Origin: a virus
Taxonomy: Duplodnaviria > Caudoviricetes
IMG/VR virus record: IMGVR_UViG_3300042935_001404
Direction: 5' to 3' (one strand)
Length of the DNA stretch: 64,000 bases
Position 1 is the first letter of the stretch. Every line of letters starts with the position of its first letter. The translations under genes were made by a program, and so were the position numbers. Under the pieces are notes generated by a model. The model was not told the DNA's origin and made no database searches. It saw only the letters and a program-made list of their open reading frames with translations. This document shows, piece by piece, positions 1-10,373 of the stretch.

Positions 1-1125
<1,125 letters not shown>

Positions 1126-1422
1126 TTATTCTCCTTTATTTACAATTGCCATTACATCGGTTTCGTACACGATGTTAAATTCTTCGTTGTCGACTTTGAC
1201 TTTTTGCACAGCAGTCTTGCTGAACAAAACACGATCGCCAACTTTAACTACCATTGGTACCAGTTTGCCATCTTCGGCAATACGGCCAAGGCCAACAGCA
1301 AGCACATCACCCTGGCTGGGTTTTTCTGCTGCCGCATCTGGAATAATTAGACCACTGGCAGTTTTAGTTTCTGCCTCGATCAAACGCACAACAATGCGAT
1401 CACGGATAGGGATTAATTTCAT
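1126..1422 (-). CDS. groES: Co-chaperonin GroES
   Basis: PIRDRIVV...[15 protein letters not shown]...[11 protein letters not shown]; immediately upstream of groEL. Confidence 0.96.
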   Translation of the reverse strand: MKLIPIRDRIVVRLIEAETKTASGLIIPDAAAEKPSQGDVLAVGLGRIAEDGKLVPMVVKVGDRVLFSKTAVQKVKVDNEEFNIVYETDVMAIVNKGE

Positions 1423-1455
1423 AGTTTTTCCTTATAATAAATGAATCAATAGAAT

Positions 1456-1484
1456 AGTATAACATAGGCCGATGGCTATGTCAA
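1456..1484 (-). promoter_or_regulatory. sigma70 promoter for groES-groEL
   Basis: Minus strand TTGACA-17 bp-TATACT. Confidence 0.8.
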
Positions 1485-1503
1485 CTGAACTGGGTTAAAA
1501 AGG

Positions 1504-1548
1504 TTATGTGCTGATGCTGTGATCAGGTGGTGACAGGTTTTTGATCAT
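1504..1548 (-). CDS. 14-codon ORF MIKNLSPPDHSIST with strong RBS (possible gene remnant or peptide)
   Basis: AAAGGAGAAAAAA directly before ATG; late-promoter TATAAATA and hairpin upstream. Confidence 0.35.
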   Translation of the reverse strand: MIKNLSPPDHSIST

Positions 1549-1604
1549 TTTTTCTCCTTTAATAAGCAAGTTAATGTGATGTAGCCCCGAAGGCACTACA
1601 AAGA

Positions 1605-1612
1605 TATTTATA
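1605..1612 (-). promoter_or_regulatory. T4-type late promoter TATAAATA
   Basis: Exact T4 gp55 consensus on minus strand, followed by a stem-loop (1579-1600). Confidence 0.75.
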
Positions 1613-1630
1613 CCAAGAAATCAGAAACCG

Positions 1631-2830
1631 TTAAGAATTTTGTTGTTCTAGGTTAATGGGTGTAGCGACTTGTGTTTTATCAATGGCAATTTTTAAAATA
1701 TTTCGTGATTGATAATCTTTTAAGTTGTACATATGGGGTAGTAGTACTCGTTCAAGTTCTGTGTGCAATCCGCGAGCACCTGTTTTTGTGGTAATTGTAC
1801 GTTCTGCAATCAAGTCTATACTGTCGGCATCAAAGTCCAGGGCCACACCATCCTGGTTAAACAACCATCTGTACTGACTGACCAAGTTGTTTTTTACTTC
1901 TGTTAAAATAGTAATAAGTTGAGATTTGGTCAGTTCTTCCAACTGTATAATAGATGGGAACCGTCCCACAAACTCTGGAATCATTCCGTAACGTACCAGA
2001 TCGTCGGGTGTGATTGCTTCGGATACAGTTTCTTTGACAGTGCTGGCGCCAAACCCAATCGACGTGCCTTGTGTACGTGCTTTAATCACTTTGTCTAGTC
2101 CAACAAATGCACCACCTACAATAAACAGTATGTTGGCAGTGTCAATGTCAATTGTTTCACTGCTGGATGTTTTGCGCACTCCTTGATTTGGCACTTTACA
2201 ACGTGTGCCTTCGATCAGTTTAAGCAGTGCTTGTTGAACACCTTCGCCACTCACATCACGTGATACAGTACTGCTTTCACCTTTGCGAGCAATCTTATCT
2301 ACTTCGTCAAGAAAGACGATTCCACGTTGTGTGCGTTCAACATCGTTGCCGCTGGCGTGATACAATCTAGCAATCAAACTGTCAACATCGTCACCTACAT
2401 AGCCTGCTTCTGTCAGCGTTGTGGCATCTGCAATGACAAAAGGCACATCCAGGTATTTGGCCACTGTGCGAGCCATCAATGTTTTACCTGTGCCGGTTGG
2501 GCCGGTCATCAAGATGTTGGCTTTTTGTATTTCGTTTTCAGGATCTGCATTGCCAATACGTTTGTAGTGATTGGCAATTGCTACACTTAACACAATCTTG
2601 GCAGTGGTCTGGCCAATCACATATTGGTCCAGATACCGGTGTATTTCACGTGGATCTAACACTGACTCTGTTGTGGGTTTCTTGTCATGTTCTTTTGACA
2701 ACAGCAGTCCGTGACAGAATTCCACGCACTCGTTGCATATGCCAACATTGTGTCCTACAATTAGTTTGCCCACTTGATCTTTGTGCTTGTTACAAAAATT
2801 ACAATGCGTGGGTGTTGTTTTAGCGATCAT
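1631..2830 (-). CDS. clpX: ATP-dependent Clp protease ATP-binding subunit ClpX
   Basis: N-terminal C4 Zn finger CNFC...CNEC, Walker A GPTGTGKT, Walker B FLDEVDK, RDVSGEGVQQALLK, IGF loop. Confidence 0.96.
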   Translation of the reverse strand: MIAKTTPTHCNFCNKHKDQVGKLIVGHNVGICNECVEFCHGLLLSKEHDKKPTTESVLDPREIHRYLDQYVIGQTTAKIVLSVAIANHYKRIGNADPENEIQKANILMTGPTGTGKTLMARTVAKYLDVPFVIADATTLTEAGYVGDDVDSLIARLYHASGNDVERTQRGIVFLDEVDKIARKGESSTVSRDVSGEGVQQALLKLIEGTRCKVPNQGVRKTSSSETIDIDTANILFIVGGAFVGLDKVIKARTQGTSIGFGASTVKETVSEAITPDDLVRYGMIPEFVGRFPSIIQLEELTKSQLITILTEVKNNLVSQYRWLFNQDGVALDFDADSIDLIAERTITTKTGARGLHTELERVLLPHMYNLKDYQSRNILKIAIDKTQVATPINLEQQNS

Positions 2831-2831
2831 T

Positions 2832-4370
2832 TTATTGTCCGGTCAAACGGCGTTCAATTTGTTCTTGTTCTGCTTCGCTCAACAGATCTGGATCGTATTC
2901 TCCCGAATCAATTTTCACAATCAAGTGATCAATGTAGGCTTCATTGTACGCATAGCGATTGTTTAATTGCTTGTCTACCTCTATCCAATTATTTCCATTG
3001 TACTTGTACAGTACACTTGGCAACCGATCAACACGCAAGAAAGTATCGCCTTTCTTTGGACTCAACGGAAATGACGTCCCGAATCCAGTGGTGTTTTCTT
3101 TTGCAGGTGCGTTGTCAGGAGTTGGTCCTAGGTAGTATTTGGAAGACATCCAAGGTAGCGTATCAATCTTACCAATTTCGTACAAACGTTGCTGAGTTTT
3201 TAATGTTTGTCCAGGATTTTCTTCTTTCCATCGACGTGCGGCTGTTTTGGCTTCAGCATCCATTCCGTCCAGGTGATCATCTTCTGTATCGAGTGCTTGA
3301 ATATCGGTGGCAACGACATTCGTGTTGACTTCTTCTGTTTTAACAATCCTGTCAGTAGGAACTTCTGCCACGGGTAAATCTTCGTTTGCGTCATGTTGCT
3401 CTCCATTTGTGTTACAATCTTTGTTGGGACAAAATAGTCCAATGCCTGGTGCGTCTACTAGTGTGGTGCCACATTTGGCACAGTCAATAGCAGTGTCTTC
3501 TGGAAACAAGGTGCTTTTAACAACCAGGTCTCCAGTTGGTAAATCTTTTACTAGGTCTTGTAGCTGTTCAATTTGTTCATCACTGAGTGGACCGTCATCT
3601 GCTTTGTACTTTTTTTCTCTGTTCCACTTTAGACTCTCAGTGGCAGCCAACAGCATCATGATGGCCAATGGATCAAACACTGTGACCAATATTATAATAA
3701 CCCAACGAACTGCTTTTTCTAATAGATTAGTGTCAGGGTTGTCACCATAGATAAGTGCGGCTATGTATTTGATAGGGCCAACTTCGGCTTCTACTTTGCG
3801 CACTTCAGCCGCGATGGGCGCACGTTGTTCGTTGAGTGCTGTGATTTTTTGTTGTGCTGTTGCAATGTCTGCAAGGAGGCGAGCACGTTCTTTCTGCTGG
3901 GTTCTGCGTATGCTGACAGCTTTGTCTGCCCCTTTTTCGTCCTGACTGCGACCCATAACTTGGTCCACAGCCTCATCCATCTGTTTGAGAGCTTTGCGAT
4001 TAGCATCTATGTTTTCTTTTTCGACCTTGATCTTCTCGTCATACAAAGCAATTTTGGCTTGTACATCACCGGATACCATACCTTGGTCCATGTGTGCCTT
4101 TGAAAGGAATCCAAAGATGCCCATACTAGTGATGACCATAAGCATAAACACTGCTGGCACCAGGTAAACCTTCATTAACCAGCGGCATTGACGCCAGTAT
4201 TCATGCAGCCACAGTGTGACTACAATTTTTGCCAGTTCCAGGATGCCGCCCATGATTATAATAGGCACCACAGCGGCAGCAAATATGGCCGCAAGCCCTG
4301 CAATAGAATACCAAGCCGCAATAACCGACAGGCTCAATGCTACTGCTAACGTAATCAAACTTAGAAACAT
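2832..4370 (-). CDS. Membrane protein with N-terminal TM helices, coiled coil, Zn ribbon and conserved C-terminal domain
   Basis: Likely start MFLSLITLAV at 4370 behind GATAAATA (4378-4385); TM segments, coiled coil, CAKC...CPNKDC. Confidence 0.75.
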   Translation of the reverse strand: MFLSLITLAVALSLSVIAAWYSIAGLAAIFAAAVVPIIIMGGILELAKIVVTLWLHEYWRQCRWLMKVYLVPAVFMLMVITSMGIFGFLSKAHMDQGMVSGDVQAKIALYDEKIKVEKENIDANRKALKQMDEAVDQVMGRSQDEKGADKAVSIRRTQQKERARLLADIATAQQKITALNEQRAPIAAEVRKVEAEVGPIKYIAALIYGDNPDTNLLEKAVRWVIIILVTVFDPLAIMMLLAATESLKWNREKKYKADDGPLSDEQIEQLQDLVKDLPTGDLVVKSTLFPEDTAIDCAKCGTTLVDAPGIGLFCPNKDCNTNGEQHDANEDLPVAEVPTDRIVKTEEVNTNVVATDIQALDTEDDHLDGMDAEAKTAARRWKEENPGQTLKTQQRLYEIGKIDTLPWMSSKYYLGPTPDNAPAKENTTGFGTSFPLSPKKGDTFLRVDRLPSVLYKYNGNNWIEVDKQLNNRYAYNEAYIDHLIVKIDSGEYDPDLLSEAEQEQIERRLTGQ

Positions 4371-4389
4371 AATGTAATATTTATCTATG

Positions 4390-4788
4390 TTAGTTCCATG
4401 TCCGGTGTACTTCGGCAATCCACTCACGGCCGTCGTATTCGTCTATTTGCCAGTCTACAGAGGCAGGAATCTCTACAATTTTTAATTCAGCAAAATTACC
4501 ATTGGCTCGGGCTCCCAATTCACGCACCACAGACACCAGCACCGGATCATCACGTGGAATATCACTGCTGTACCAGATTTTTCCATTGACCAGAATTAGC
4601 GGACCATATCGTTCAGTGTCAAATCGACTTTCACGATCTTGTGTTGTATAGTCAGTCAGTGATCGTTTTAGATACAACAACTCGGCTTCTTGACTTAGTC
4701 CATACCCACCGTGGCATGAGTTAATGACCACATACCGAACGCCTTTGAGATAGCGTATGAGTCGTTCTTGTTCGGTTTCTTGTATCAT
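4390..4788 (-). CDS. Conserved phage hypothetical protein
   Basis: VVINSCHGGYGLS...RDDPVLVSVVRELG...LKIVEIP...EYDGREW; pattern recurrent in large phages. Confidence 0.75.
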   Translation of the reverse strand: MIQETEQERLIRYLKGVRYVVINSCHGGYGLSQEAELLYLKRSLTDYTTQDRESRFDTERYGPLILVNGKIWYSSDIPRDDPVLVSVVRELGARANGNFAELKIVEIPASVDWQIDEYDGREWIAEVHRTWN

Positions 4789-5249
4789 TCATCGAATAGA
4801 TATTCGTAATTGACCGATGTTGTGTTAACTTGTAATACCACTGCACCATTACGCAAATGAAAACGTCGAGCCATTTCTGTTTGCGGGCTCAATGTTATAA
4901 ATCGTTTAACTGGCATTGTATCTTTGATCAGTTTGGCAGCACCCAACACAAGTTCACGACCAGCACCAGGCCGGTAACTCCATACTGTATAAAATACTGC
5001 AATGTCGCCAATGGGTTCGTTGGGTGTGGCAGGAGTAGAAAACTTTTCCAGTTCACCTTCGTCAGTTGGCACTTGATTACAAAATGCCGCACAGATTACG
5101 GCCAGTACTTCATTTGTGCTGTCATCTTCTAATACAAATACTTCTCTATTGGGATCCACACGCCAAAAGGTCGGCAGATGTGGACGAACAGGGTCGTCCT
5201 TGATAAAATTTAAATAATAATCTGTTCGTACACTTTTTATTACGGCCAT
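4785..5249 (-). CDS. Putative GNAT-fold protein (acetyltransferase-like)
   Basis: AVFYTVWSYRPGAGRELV...FITLSP...ARRFHLRNGA resembles the GNAT acyl-CoA binding region. Confidence 0.5.
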   Translation of the reverse strand: MAVIKSVRTDYYLNFIKDDPVRPHLPTFWRVDPNREVFVLEDDSTNEVLAVICAAFCNQVPTDEGELEKFSTPATPNEPIGDIAVFYTVWSYRPGAGRELVLGAAKLIKDTMPVKRFITLSPQTEMARRFHLRNGAVVLQVNTTSVNYEYLFDE

Positions 5250-5250
5250 A

Positions 5251-5802
5251 TTATCCTAAATCTTGTGCGTAGTCATCTGCAAACTTATCTAACTTGTGTT
5301 GCTCGATTGCGGCTCTCAGTGCTTGTTCAACAAATTCATTAAATGTCATGTCCTGGTCATGAGCCATTTTCATGTATGTCAACAGTTCTTCGTCGCTAAA
5401 GTCCACTTGCATTTGTACACGAGTGTCGTAGACCTCGCCGGCCACAATGGCTTCTAGCTTTTCTAAAAAGTCTTGTTCGACGTCCAAATCAATGTAATCA
5501 ACATCGTCCCAGGCTTGATTGGCCGACTCGCCGCGTCGAATCGCCTCGGCCGCATTCTTGTCTTGGTACTTGAGGTTGATCAAGCGATATGCACGTTCGT
5601 GTGTATAGTCACACACTGTTACTTCATATACCTTTTGACTTTTGGTACTAAACACAATATTGGCACTCCAGCCGCCCGAACCGTGAACACCGTTCCACGC
5701 ACTCAGTTGATGCGAATTAGAACCGTAACAATTCCATCCGTAATCGCCGCCTTCGGTAACACGGTAATTAATAGCTTCCATATATTGTTGCATTGTGATC
5801 AT
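5251..5802 (-). CDS. Conserved phage hypothetical protein
   Basis: 183-aa ORF in coupled operon, GGAG RBS. Confidence 0.75.
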   Translation of the reverse strand: MITMQQYMEAINYRVTEGGDYGWNCYGSNSHQLSAWNGVHGSGGWSANIVFSTKSQKVYEVTVCDYTHERAYRLINLKYQDKNAAEAIRRGESANQAWDDVDYIDLDVEQDFLEKLEAIVAGEVYDTRVQMQVDFSDEELLTYMKMAHDQDMTFNEFVEQALRAAIEQHKLDKFADDYAQDLG

Positions 5803-5979
5803 TTAAACTCCCTTGTAGGCATCAAAAATAAGAGCTCCGCCGATTGTAAATCCCACTATAGCAAGTGCATAGTTACCTGTGACCAATGAACTTATTCCAG
5901 ATAGTACATTTACTCCGCCAATTGTAAGACTGATTTCTCTTCTATTGCGGCCAACCCATATAAAAAATTTATCTAACAT
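5803..5979 (-). CDS. Small membrane protein (58 aa)
   Basis: Manual translation MLDKFFIWVGRNRREISLTIGGVNVLSGISSLVTGNYALAIVGFTIGGALIFDAYKGV; TAATG overlap with the upstream gene, stop abuts the downstream start. Confidence 0.7.
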   Translation of the reverse strand: MLDKFFIWVGRNRREISLTIGGVNVLSGISSLVTGNYALAIVGFTIGGALIFDAYKGV

Positions 5980-6209
5980 TATTCTTCCTTTACAAAGTCG
6001 TATGATCGTTCAAATATAGGACCATCACAAATATATAACTCACCATCGATTCCACGCATTAGGTAATCACCAGGCTTGCCCTGTTTGTAGTTGCCTTCTA
6101 ACGTGTTCACTCGAAATTCTTCGTTGATTTGTTTGGCATGCACCACAATAGGCCGCTTGACACACGCACCCATAGATTCTACTTGCTCAAATGTGTCAAA
6201 AGTTTTCAT
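5979..6209 (-). CDS. PGDYG-like small protein (TLEG...PGDY...GELY family)
   Basis: KRPIVVHAKQ...TLEG...KPGDYLMRGIDGELYICDGPIFERSY. Confidence 0.7.
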   Translation of the reverse strand: MKTFDTFEQVESMGACVKRPIVVHAKQINEEFRVNTLEGNYKQGKPGDYLMRGIDGELYICDGPIFERSYDFVKEE

Positions 6210-6619
6210 TCTTCTTCTCCAGAATATACTACATTGCCTTCTTCGTCAGTTAGTTCCAGCGGACCTTGCAAGATATAATCTGTGTCATCATTGCGCCAAC
6301 CTAGTTCTTCCATACCGTCAAAGTAATCTTCGTTCCAGGCTGCTTCAATCTCTGCTTGTTCTTGTTCTGTCATGCCCTCAGGAAATGTCCAATCAGCCCA
6401 GCATCCATCGTCAAGGCTTGACAGTTCCCAATCGTAGTCGCTTTCGCTTAGATTGTATTCACCATCTTCTGGTTCAATTACAGGTTGGTCGTCACTTTCG
6501 CAATAGAATTCGCCCCAGCGCCAACCTTCTTCGCGAATGATTGTTTTGCCGTCTTTGCACCAGAACTGCTTTTCAACAGCACTTTTTTTGTGTAGGGTTT
6601 TGAGTGTCCAGGTTGCCAT
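6206..6619 (-). CDS. Acidic hypothetical protein
   Basis: 137-aa ORF with overlapping start/stop coupling. Confidence 0.7.
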   Translation of the reverse strand: MATWTLKTLHKKSAVEKQFWCKDGKTIIREEGWRWGEFYCESDDQPVIEPEDGEYNLSESDYDWELSSLDDGCWADWTFPEGMTEQEQAEIEAAWNEDYFDGMEELGWRNDDTDYILQGPLELTDEEGNVVYSGEEE

Positions 6620-6621
6620 GA

Positions 6622-6834
6622 TTAGTCATCCCGATCCATCTCTGTAGTTTCTTTGATCAGGGCCTGCAATTGATCCAATGCAGGAACCATGAGCTTGACT
6701 GTTTTGTAGTCGCCCTCACTGTCACGCCCGCCCACTTCAATCATGTATGCATTGTCATACATGTATACTTGAAACGATTCGCTGACCTTGACCAACTTGT
6801 CACTGATTTTGTTTACTGTTTTAGTTTTTGCCAT
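6622..6834 (-). CDS. Hypothetical protein
   Basis: 70-aa ORF, AAGGA RBS, first gene behind the 6857-6885 promoter. Confidence 0.7.
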   Translation of the reverse strand: MAKTKTVNKISDKLVKVSESFQVYMYDNAYMIEVGGRDSEGDYKTVKLMVPALDQLQALIKETTEMDRDD

Positions 6835-6856
6835 GATGTTTTCCTTAATAACATGT

Positions 6857-6885
6857 AGTATATAACAATCTGTTTAATGTGTCAA
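6857..6885 (-). promoter_or_regulatory. sigma70 early promoter
   Basis: TTGACA-17 bp-TATACT. Confidence 0.8.
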
Positions 6886-6901
6886 TACGTTAGGTGTATC
6901 A

Positions 6902-8275
6902 TCACAATTTCTCTCCTGGTTCAAATCCACGGAATCGCACAAAGCGAGGGAATCTCAAACTGTATGATCCGTCTTGGTTTTGAGTAACTGCGTCCGCTTC
7001 AACCTCAACCACCCGATCAAGAAGCTCATTGCGAGCGGTCCAATACTCATCGCGATTGCTATCAGACAAACCGCTACCAACATTAACACGAATATTTCTG
7101 TCATTATCGACTCCTTCACATATTATAGCACCCAACCGGCCTAGATTGCGACCAGTTCCTTCTTCAAAACCCACAATATTGAGATCAACTGTGATTGTGG
7201 GTTTCCATTTCATCCACGAGTCCGAACGTTTGCACTCATATGGCGCATCCATGCTCTTGATCATAATGCCTTCATAGCCTTCTTCTACTGACGCTTCGGC
7301 AAACCTACGCATGACGTCATGACCTTCGGCTGTGTCCAAGTCCACATCCATACCTGGCATCACACGCACACAACCATTTTCTGGCAGGTGTGCTTGTGTA
7401 CGTTTCAACAAGTCAATGCGTTTGTGTTGCTGTAGATTACAGAAGCCTTCGCGGAACTCACTCAGCGGCATGATATCAAACACATGGTACACCATGTTTT
7501 CTGTTCGAGCATTGCTCTTACGCTGTGCCTGCTTCATCAAGTCCTGAAAGTTCTTACCCACAATCTCGCCATCCAACACAAACTGTCCACCAAAAGCAGA
7601 ATCACGCTGAAATGCTTTGCGATGTTCTTCAATAAAGTCTGCAATCTGTGGAAAGTTCTCAAACTCTTTGCCATTGCGGCTGTACAATGTACAAGCAGAT
7701 CCATTTACAACTGCCAACACACGTACACCATCCAGTTTGACTTCCAGTCGTTTGATACCTTTCAACTTCTTGGGGTGGTCTGTAGAATCCTGTGCCAGTT
7801 GGCAACTGAATACAGGAATCTTCCATTCAGTTCGGCCCAACACCTTGTTTAGTGTTTTTTCTGATATACCACAACGCAGGTCTTTGATCAACACACGCCG
7901 GGCCACGTTGTTCCATTCATCTGAATCAAACTGTTGGCTACATTCATCAATGGCCTCACGTGCTCGATTACCTGTGACGCTACGGGTACGCAGACTTTCC
8001 AACAACGCCCAAAACTTAGGCCACGGATTTGATTGACTGGTTAAGCCCTCAGTCTCGGGCACTTGCCGGATGCCAAACACATAAAAAGGATTGTAGGCTT
8101 GATAACAATTGAACAAGAAGGCCTGCGCATCAGAACTGCCCAACTGGGAAGCTACCAATGCCTTTTCAATAGTTTTTTCTTTATGTATTCGACTGTCCGA
8201 GCTTTCCAGGTCAAGAATCCAACCTGCTACCATTGTGCCCGCAAACCTTGGGTCTGAGAAGTTTGTTTCATTCAT
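6902..8275 (-). CDS. ATP-dependent DNA ligase (T4 gp30-like)
   Basis: Motif I EVKLDGVR, motif III LDGEI, motif IV YEGIMIK, motif V WMKWK, OB-fold SLRFPRF. Confidence 0.95.
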   Translation of the reverse strand: MNETNFSDPRFAGTMVAGWILDLESSDSRIHKEKTIEKALVASQLGSSDAQAFLFNCYQAYNPFYVFGIRQVPETEGLTSQSNPWPKFWALLESLRTRSVTGNRAREAIDECSQQFDSDEWNNVARRVLIKDLRCGISEKTLNKVLGRTEWKIPVFSCQLAQDSTDHPKKLKGIKRLEVKLDGVRVLAVVNGSACTLYSRNGKEFENFPQIADFIEEHRKAFQRDSAFGGQFVLDGEIVGKNFQDLMKQAQRKSNARTENMVYHVFDIMPLSEFREGFCNLQQHKRIDLLKRTQAHLPENGCVRVMPGMDVDLDTAEGHDVMRRFAEASVEEGYEGIMIKSMDAPYECKRSDSWMKWKPTITVDLNIVGFEEGTGRNLGRLGAIICEGVDNDRNIRVNVGSGLSDSNRDEYWTARNELLDRVVEVEADAVTQNQDGSYSLRFPRFVRFRGFEPGEKL

Positions 8276-8287
8276 ATATTTACTCCG

Positions 8288-8710
8288 TTACCACGAACTG
8301 TTATAGAACACTTTTAATCCACAAAACAATTCTGCACGAGCGTCGCGAACAAACTTGAGATCTTGTTCTTTATAGTGCGCATCTGCTTCATTACCAAAAA
8401 AGAAACCTGACGTACTGGGCAGTGTACCACTCATAATATCCAGTTCAAGGATTTCAAGATCCTCCCATGTAATTTCTAACTCAATGCCATTGAAGTTGGC
8501 GCTGTCACCTTTGCCGCCGTTGCGACTTTTCCAAAGCTGTTCCATCCAGCCATGCAGATTAGGATGCTTGCGCCAGTAGGCAATCTCACGCGGCTGTTCT
8601 ACTGTCTTGTTAACAAAATCTTTGGCATCATCGTCAAATTCGGCACTCTCATAAAACTCACGTTGTTGGCCTTCCTTTGCGGCCACGTATGCATACATGT
8701 CAAGTCCCAT
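8288..8710 (-). CDS. Conserved phage protein (MGLDMY family)
   Basis: MGLDMYAY...YWRKHPNLHGWM...GFFFG; GGAG RBS before 8710. Confidence 0.75.
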   Translation of the reverse strand: MGLDMYAYVAAKEGQQREFYESAEFDDDAKDFVNKTVEQPREIAYWRKHPNLHGWMEQLWKSRNGGKGDSANFNGIELEITWEDLEILELDIMSGTLPSTSGFFFGNEADAHYKEQDLKFVRDARAELFCGLKVFYNSSW

Positions 8711-8752
8711 TATCTTTCTCCTGGTTTGTTGACGGAAACTAGGTGCAGGCAC

Positions 8753-8905
8753 TTACCTGTTCCGAACACGATTGATCACTTCATTGGCAGCTTGGAAGCC
8801 ATTGTGCTGTTCTGTTTCTAAGAATATTTCTGTTACTTCATTTTGTAACTCGGCAAAAGCGGCACGGAACTGGGCCAGCTCTTGTTCGGTCAAATGCATC
8901 TGCAT
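8753..8905 (-). CDS. Small hypothetical protein (50 aa)
   Basis: Manual translation MQMHLTEQELAQFRAAFAELQNEV...; fills the gap, but no clear RBS. Confidence 0.45.
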   Translation of the reverse strand: MQMHLTEQELAQFRAAFAELQNEVTEIFLETEQHNGFQAANEVINRVRNR

Positions 8906-8928
8906 TTTGTAGTTAAAGGAGTTGTTGT

Positions 8929-9201
8929 TCATGCCACTTCCAACATGTTGGCAGGTACATTGAATAGGCCGCCTGGAGTCTTGACCAGCACAAATTTGAT
9001 TTTGACTTTTTGAACATCGCCAACGTAGGTCAAGCCATTGCGGTTGCTGGTAAACTTTACCCGGTCACCAATGCCGAACGCACGGGTCTTTTGTTTGGTC
9101 AATTGCATACGAGCAAACTTCACTGCATCGATCACACTAGACAACTGATCATTGGTTAAGTTACCAAACATAATTGCAGAGTTAATTTCTTTGACGTTCA
9201 T
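8929..9201 (-). CDS. Small protein with KOW/SH3-like C-terminal half
   Basis: FGIGDRVKF...YVGDVQKVKIKFVLVK; GGAG RBS. Confidence 0.65.
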   Translation of the reverse strand: MNVKEINSAIMFGNLTNDQLSSVIDAVKFARMQLTKQKTRAFGIGDRVKFTSNRNGLTYVGDVQKVKIKFVLVKTPGGLFNVPANMLEVA

Positions 9202-9232
9202 TACAGGCTCCTGTTTTGTTTACTGTATCTAT

Positions 9233-9261
9233 ATTATACTACCAAAATCAATTTGTGTCAA
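9233..9261 (-). promoter_or_regulatory. sigma70 early promoter (perfect consensus)
   Basis: TTGACA-17 bp-TATAAT. Confidence 0.88.
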
Positions 9262-9590
9262 TTAAACATACACGGAGTAGGATCACAAATTTCGCCGTGT
9301 CGTCGTAATTGTATCTGCTCATAATCTGTAAGAAAGTCGTTGTCAACTAATTCATGCCACGAGATTATTTCTCCATACCGGTTGGGATTCTCTTGTATTT
9401 TTTTATTATTCAATCGTATTCGGGGACCCAACTCGGTCATAACAAATTCCATTAATTTCCAATCTTTCCGAAAATGTTTTTTATATGTTTTCTCATCGGG
9501 AATATAAAAGTAGTTGTTATTACGTTTACCAAAAGCAAGGTGTCCGTCAAGATGAGTGACAAAAAAATATGTGTGAATATGTAGTTTCAT
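9258..9590 (-). CDS. Hypothetical protein
   Basis: 110-aa ORF with GGAG RBS behind own promoter. Confidence 0.65.
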   Translation of the reverse strand: MKLHIHTYFFVTHLDGHLAFGKRNNNYFYIPDEKTYKKHFRKDWKLMEFVMTELGPRIRLNNKKIQENPNRYGEIISWHELVDNDFLTDYEQIQLRRHGEICDPTPCMFN

Positions 9591-9617
9591 TCCCGCTCCG
9601 TTGTTGTGTATGTGTGT

Positions 9618-9646
9618 ATTATAGCAGTTTGGGAATTACAGGTCAA
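9618..9646 (-). promoter_or_regulatory. sigma70 early promoter, conserved-spacer family
   Basis: TTGACC-tgtaattcccaaactgc-TATAAT. Confidence 0.88.
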
Positions 9647-10112
9647 CTGTGTCCCAGGTCTTGCTCACTTCCATTTCGTCAACTAGCGCCTTCAATAACA
9701 ATACCAACTTGCGGTAATACTTGGCATCATTTTCGTGTGTGTTACCCACGTACCAGACACCGTCACGCATGATGTAGTACCATTCTGCGCCGCAGTCGTT
9801 GGCACGATCAAAGAACGTTTCAAAGGTATGATCTGTTGCAAACTCTGCACCTGTCTCGTCACGGTCACGACCGTAAAACACAGTTACATTTTCCATGGGT
9901 GAACCAAAAGTATGGAACTCGCCATCTGGAAAATCAACATCGCGTTTCAAAGAAGACACATCGCCCAGTGACACCAGGTGGTTGGCCTTGGCACTGTCAT
10001 AATAGTGCTCTTGCAATATCACACCATTGTGTTCCAGATAACCGTCCCAGTGACAGTAGACTGATTTGCAAACGTCACCATGCATGACACCAATTCTTGA
10101 ACGTGTACCCAT
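9636..10112 (-). CDS. Conserved phage protein (MGTRS...YCHWDGY family)
   Basis: MGTRSRIG...SVYCHWDGY...G..LQEHY. Confidence 0.75.
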   Translation of the reverse strand: MGTRSRIGVMHGDVCKSVYCHWDGYLEHNGVILQEHYYDSAKANHLVSLGDVSSLKRDVDFPDGEFHTFGSPMENVTVFYGRDRDETGAEFATDHTFETFFDRANDCGAEWYYIMRDGVWYVGNTHENDAKYYRKLVLLLKALVDEMEVSKTWDTVDL

Positions 10113-10113
10113 T

Positions 10114-10314
10114 TTATGCTACCTCTTTCTGTTGTTGCAACCAAAAATATTCATTAATCAAATCTGAGGGGAAATCCTCATGGTACCAAAAATAGTACCG
10201 AGCAGATTTCAATCCCAGTGCTTTTTTTACAACATCAAATCCCACGTCAAGAACATCATTCTCTGCTGTGATATTGGGATTGATTGCAAATACATCTTCG
10301 GCAAAACTTGACAT
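10114..10314 (-). CDS. Hypothetical protein
   Basis: 66-aa ORF with AGGA RBS behind promoter. Confidence 0.65.
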   Translation of the reverse strand: MSSFAEDVFAINPNITAENDVLDVGFDVVKKALGLKSARYYFWYHEDFPSDLINEYFWLQQQKEVA

Positions 10315-10344
10315 CTTTTTTCCTTTTTTTCTTACTATGTTTAT

Positions 10345-10373
10345 ATTATAGCAGTTTGGGAATTATCAGTCAA
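10345..10373 (-). promoter_or_regulatory. sigma70 early promoter, conserved-spacer family
   Basis: TTGACT-gataattcccaaactgc-TATAAT. Confidence 0.88.

Noticed and set aside
5850-5890. Promoter-like tatagca...gaccaa sequence
   Set aside because: It lies inside the 58-aa membrane ORF and lacks correct -35/-10 spacing.
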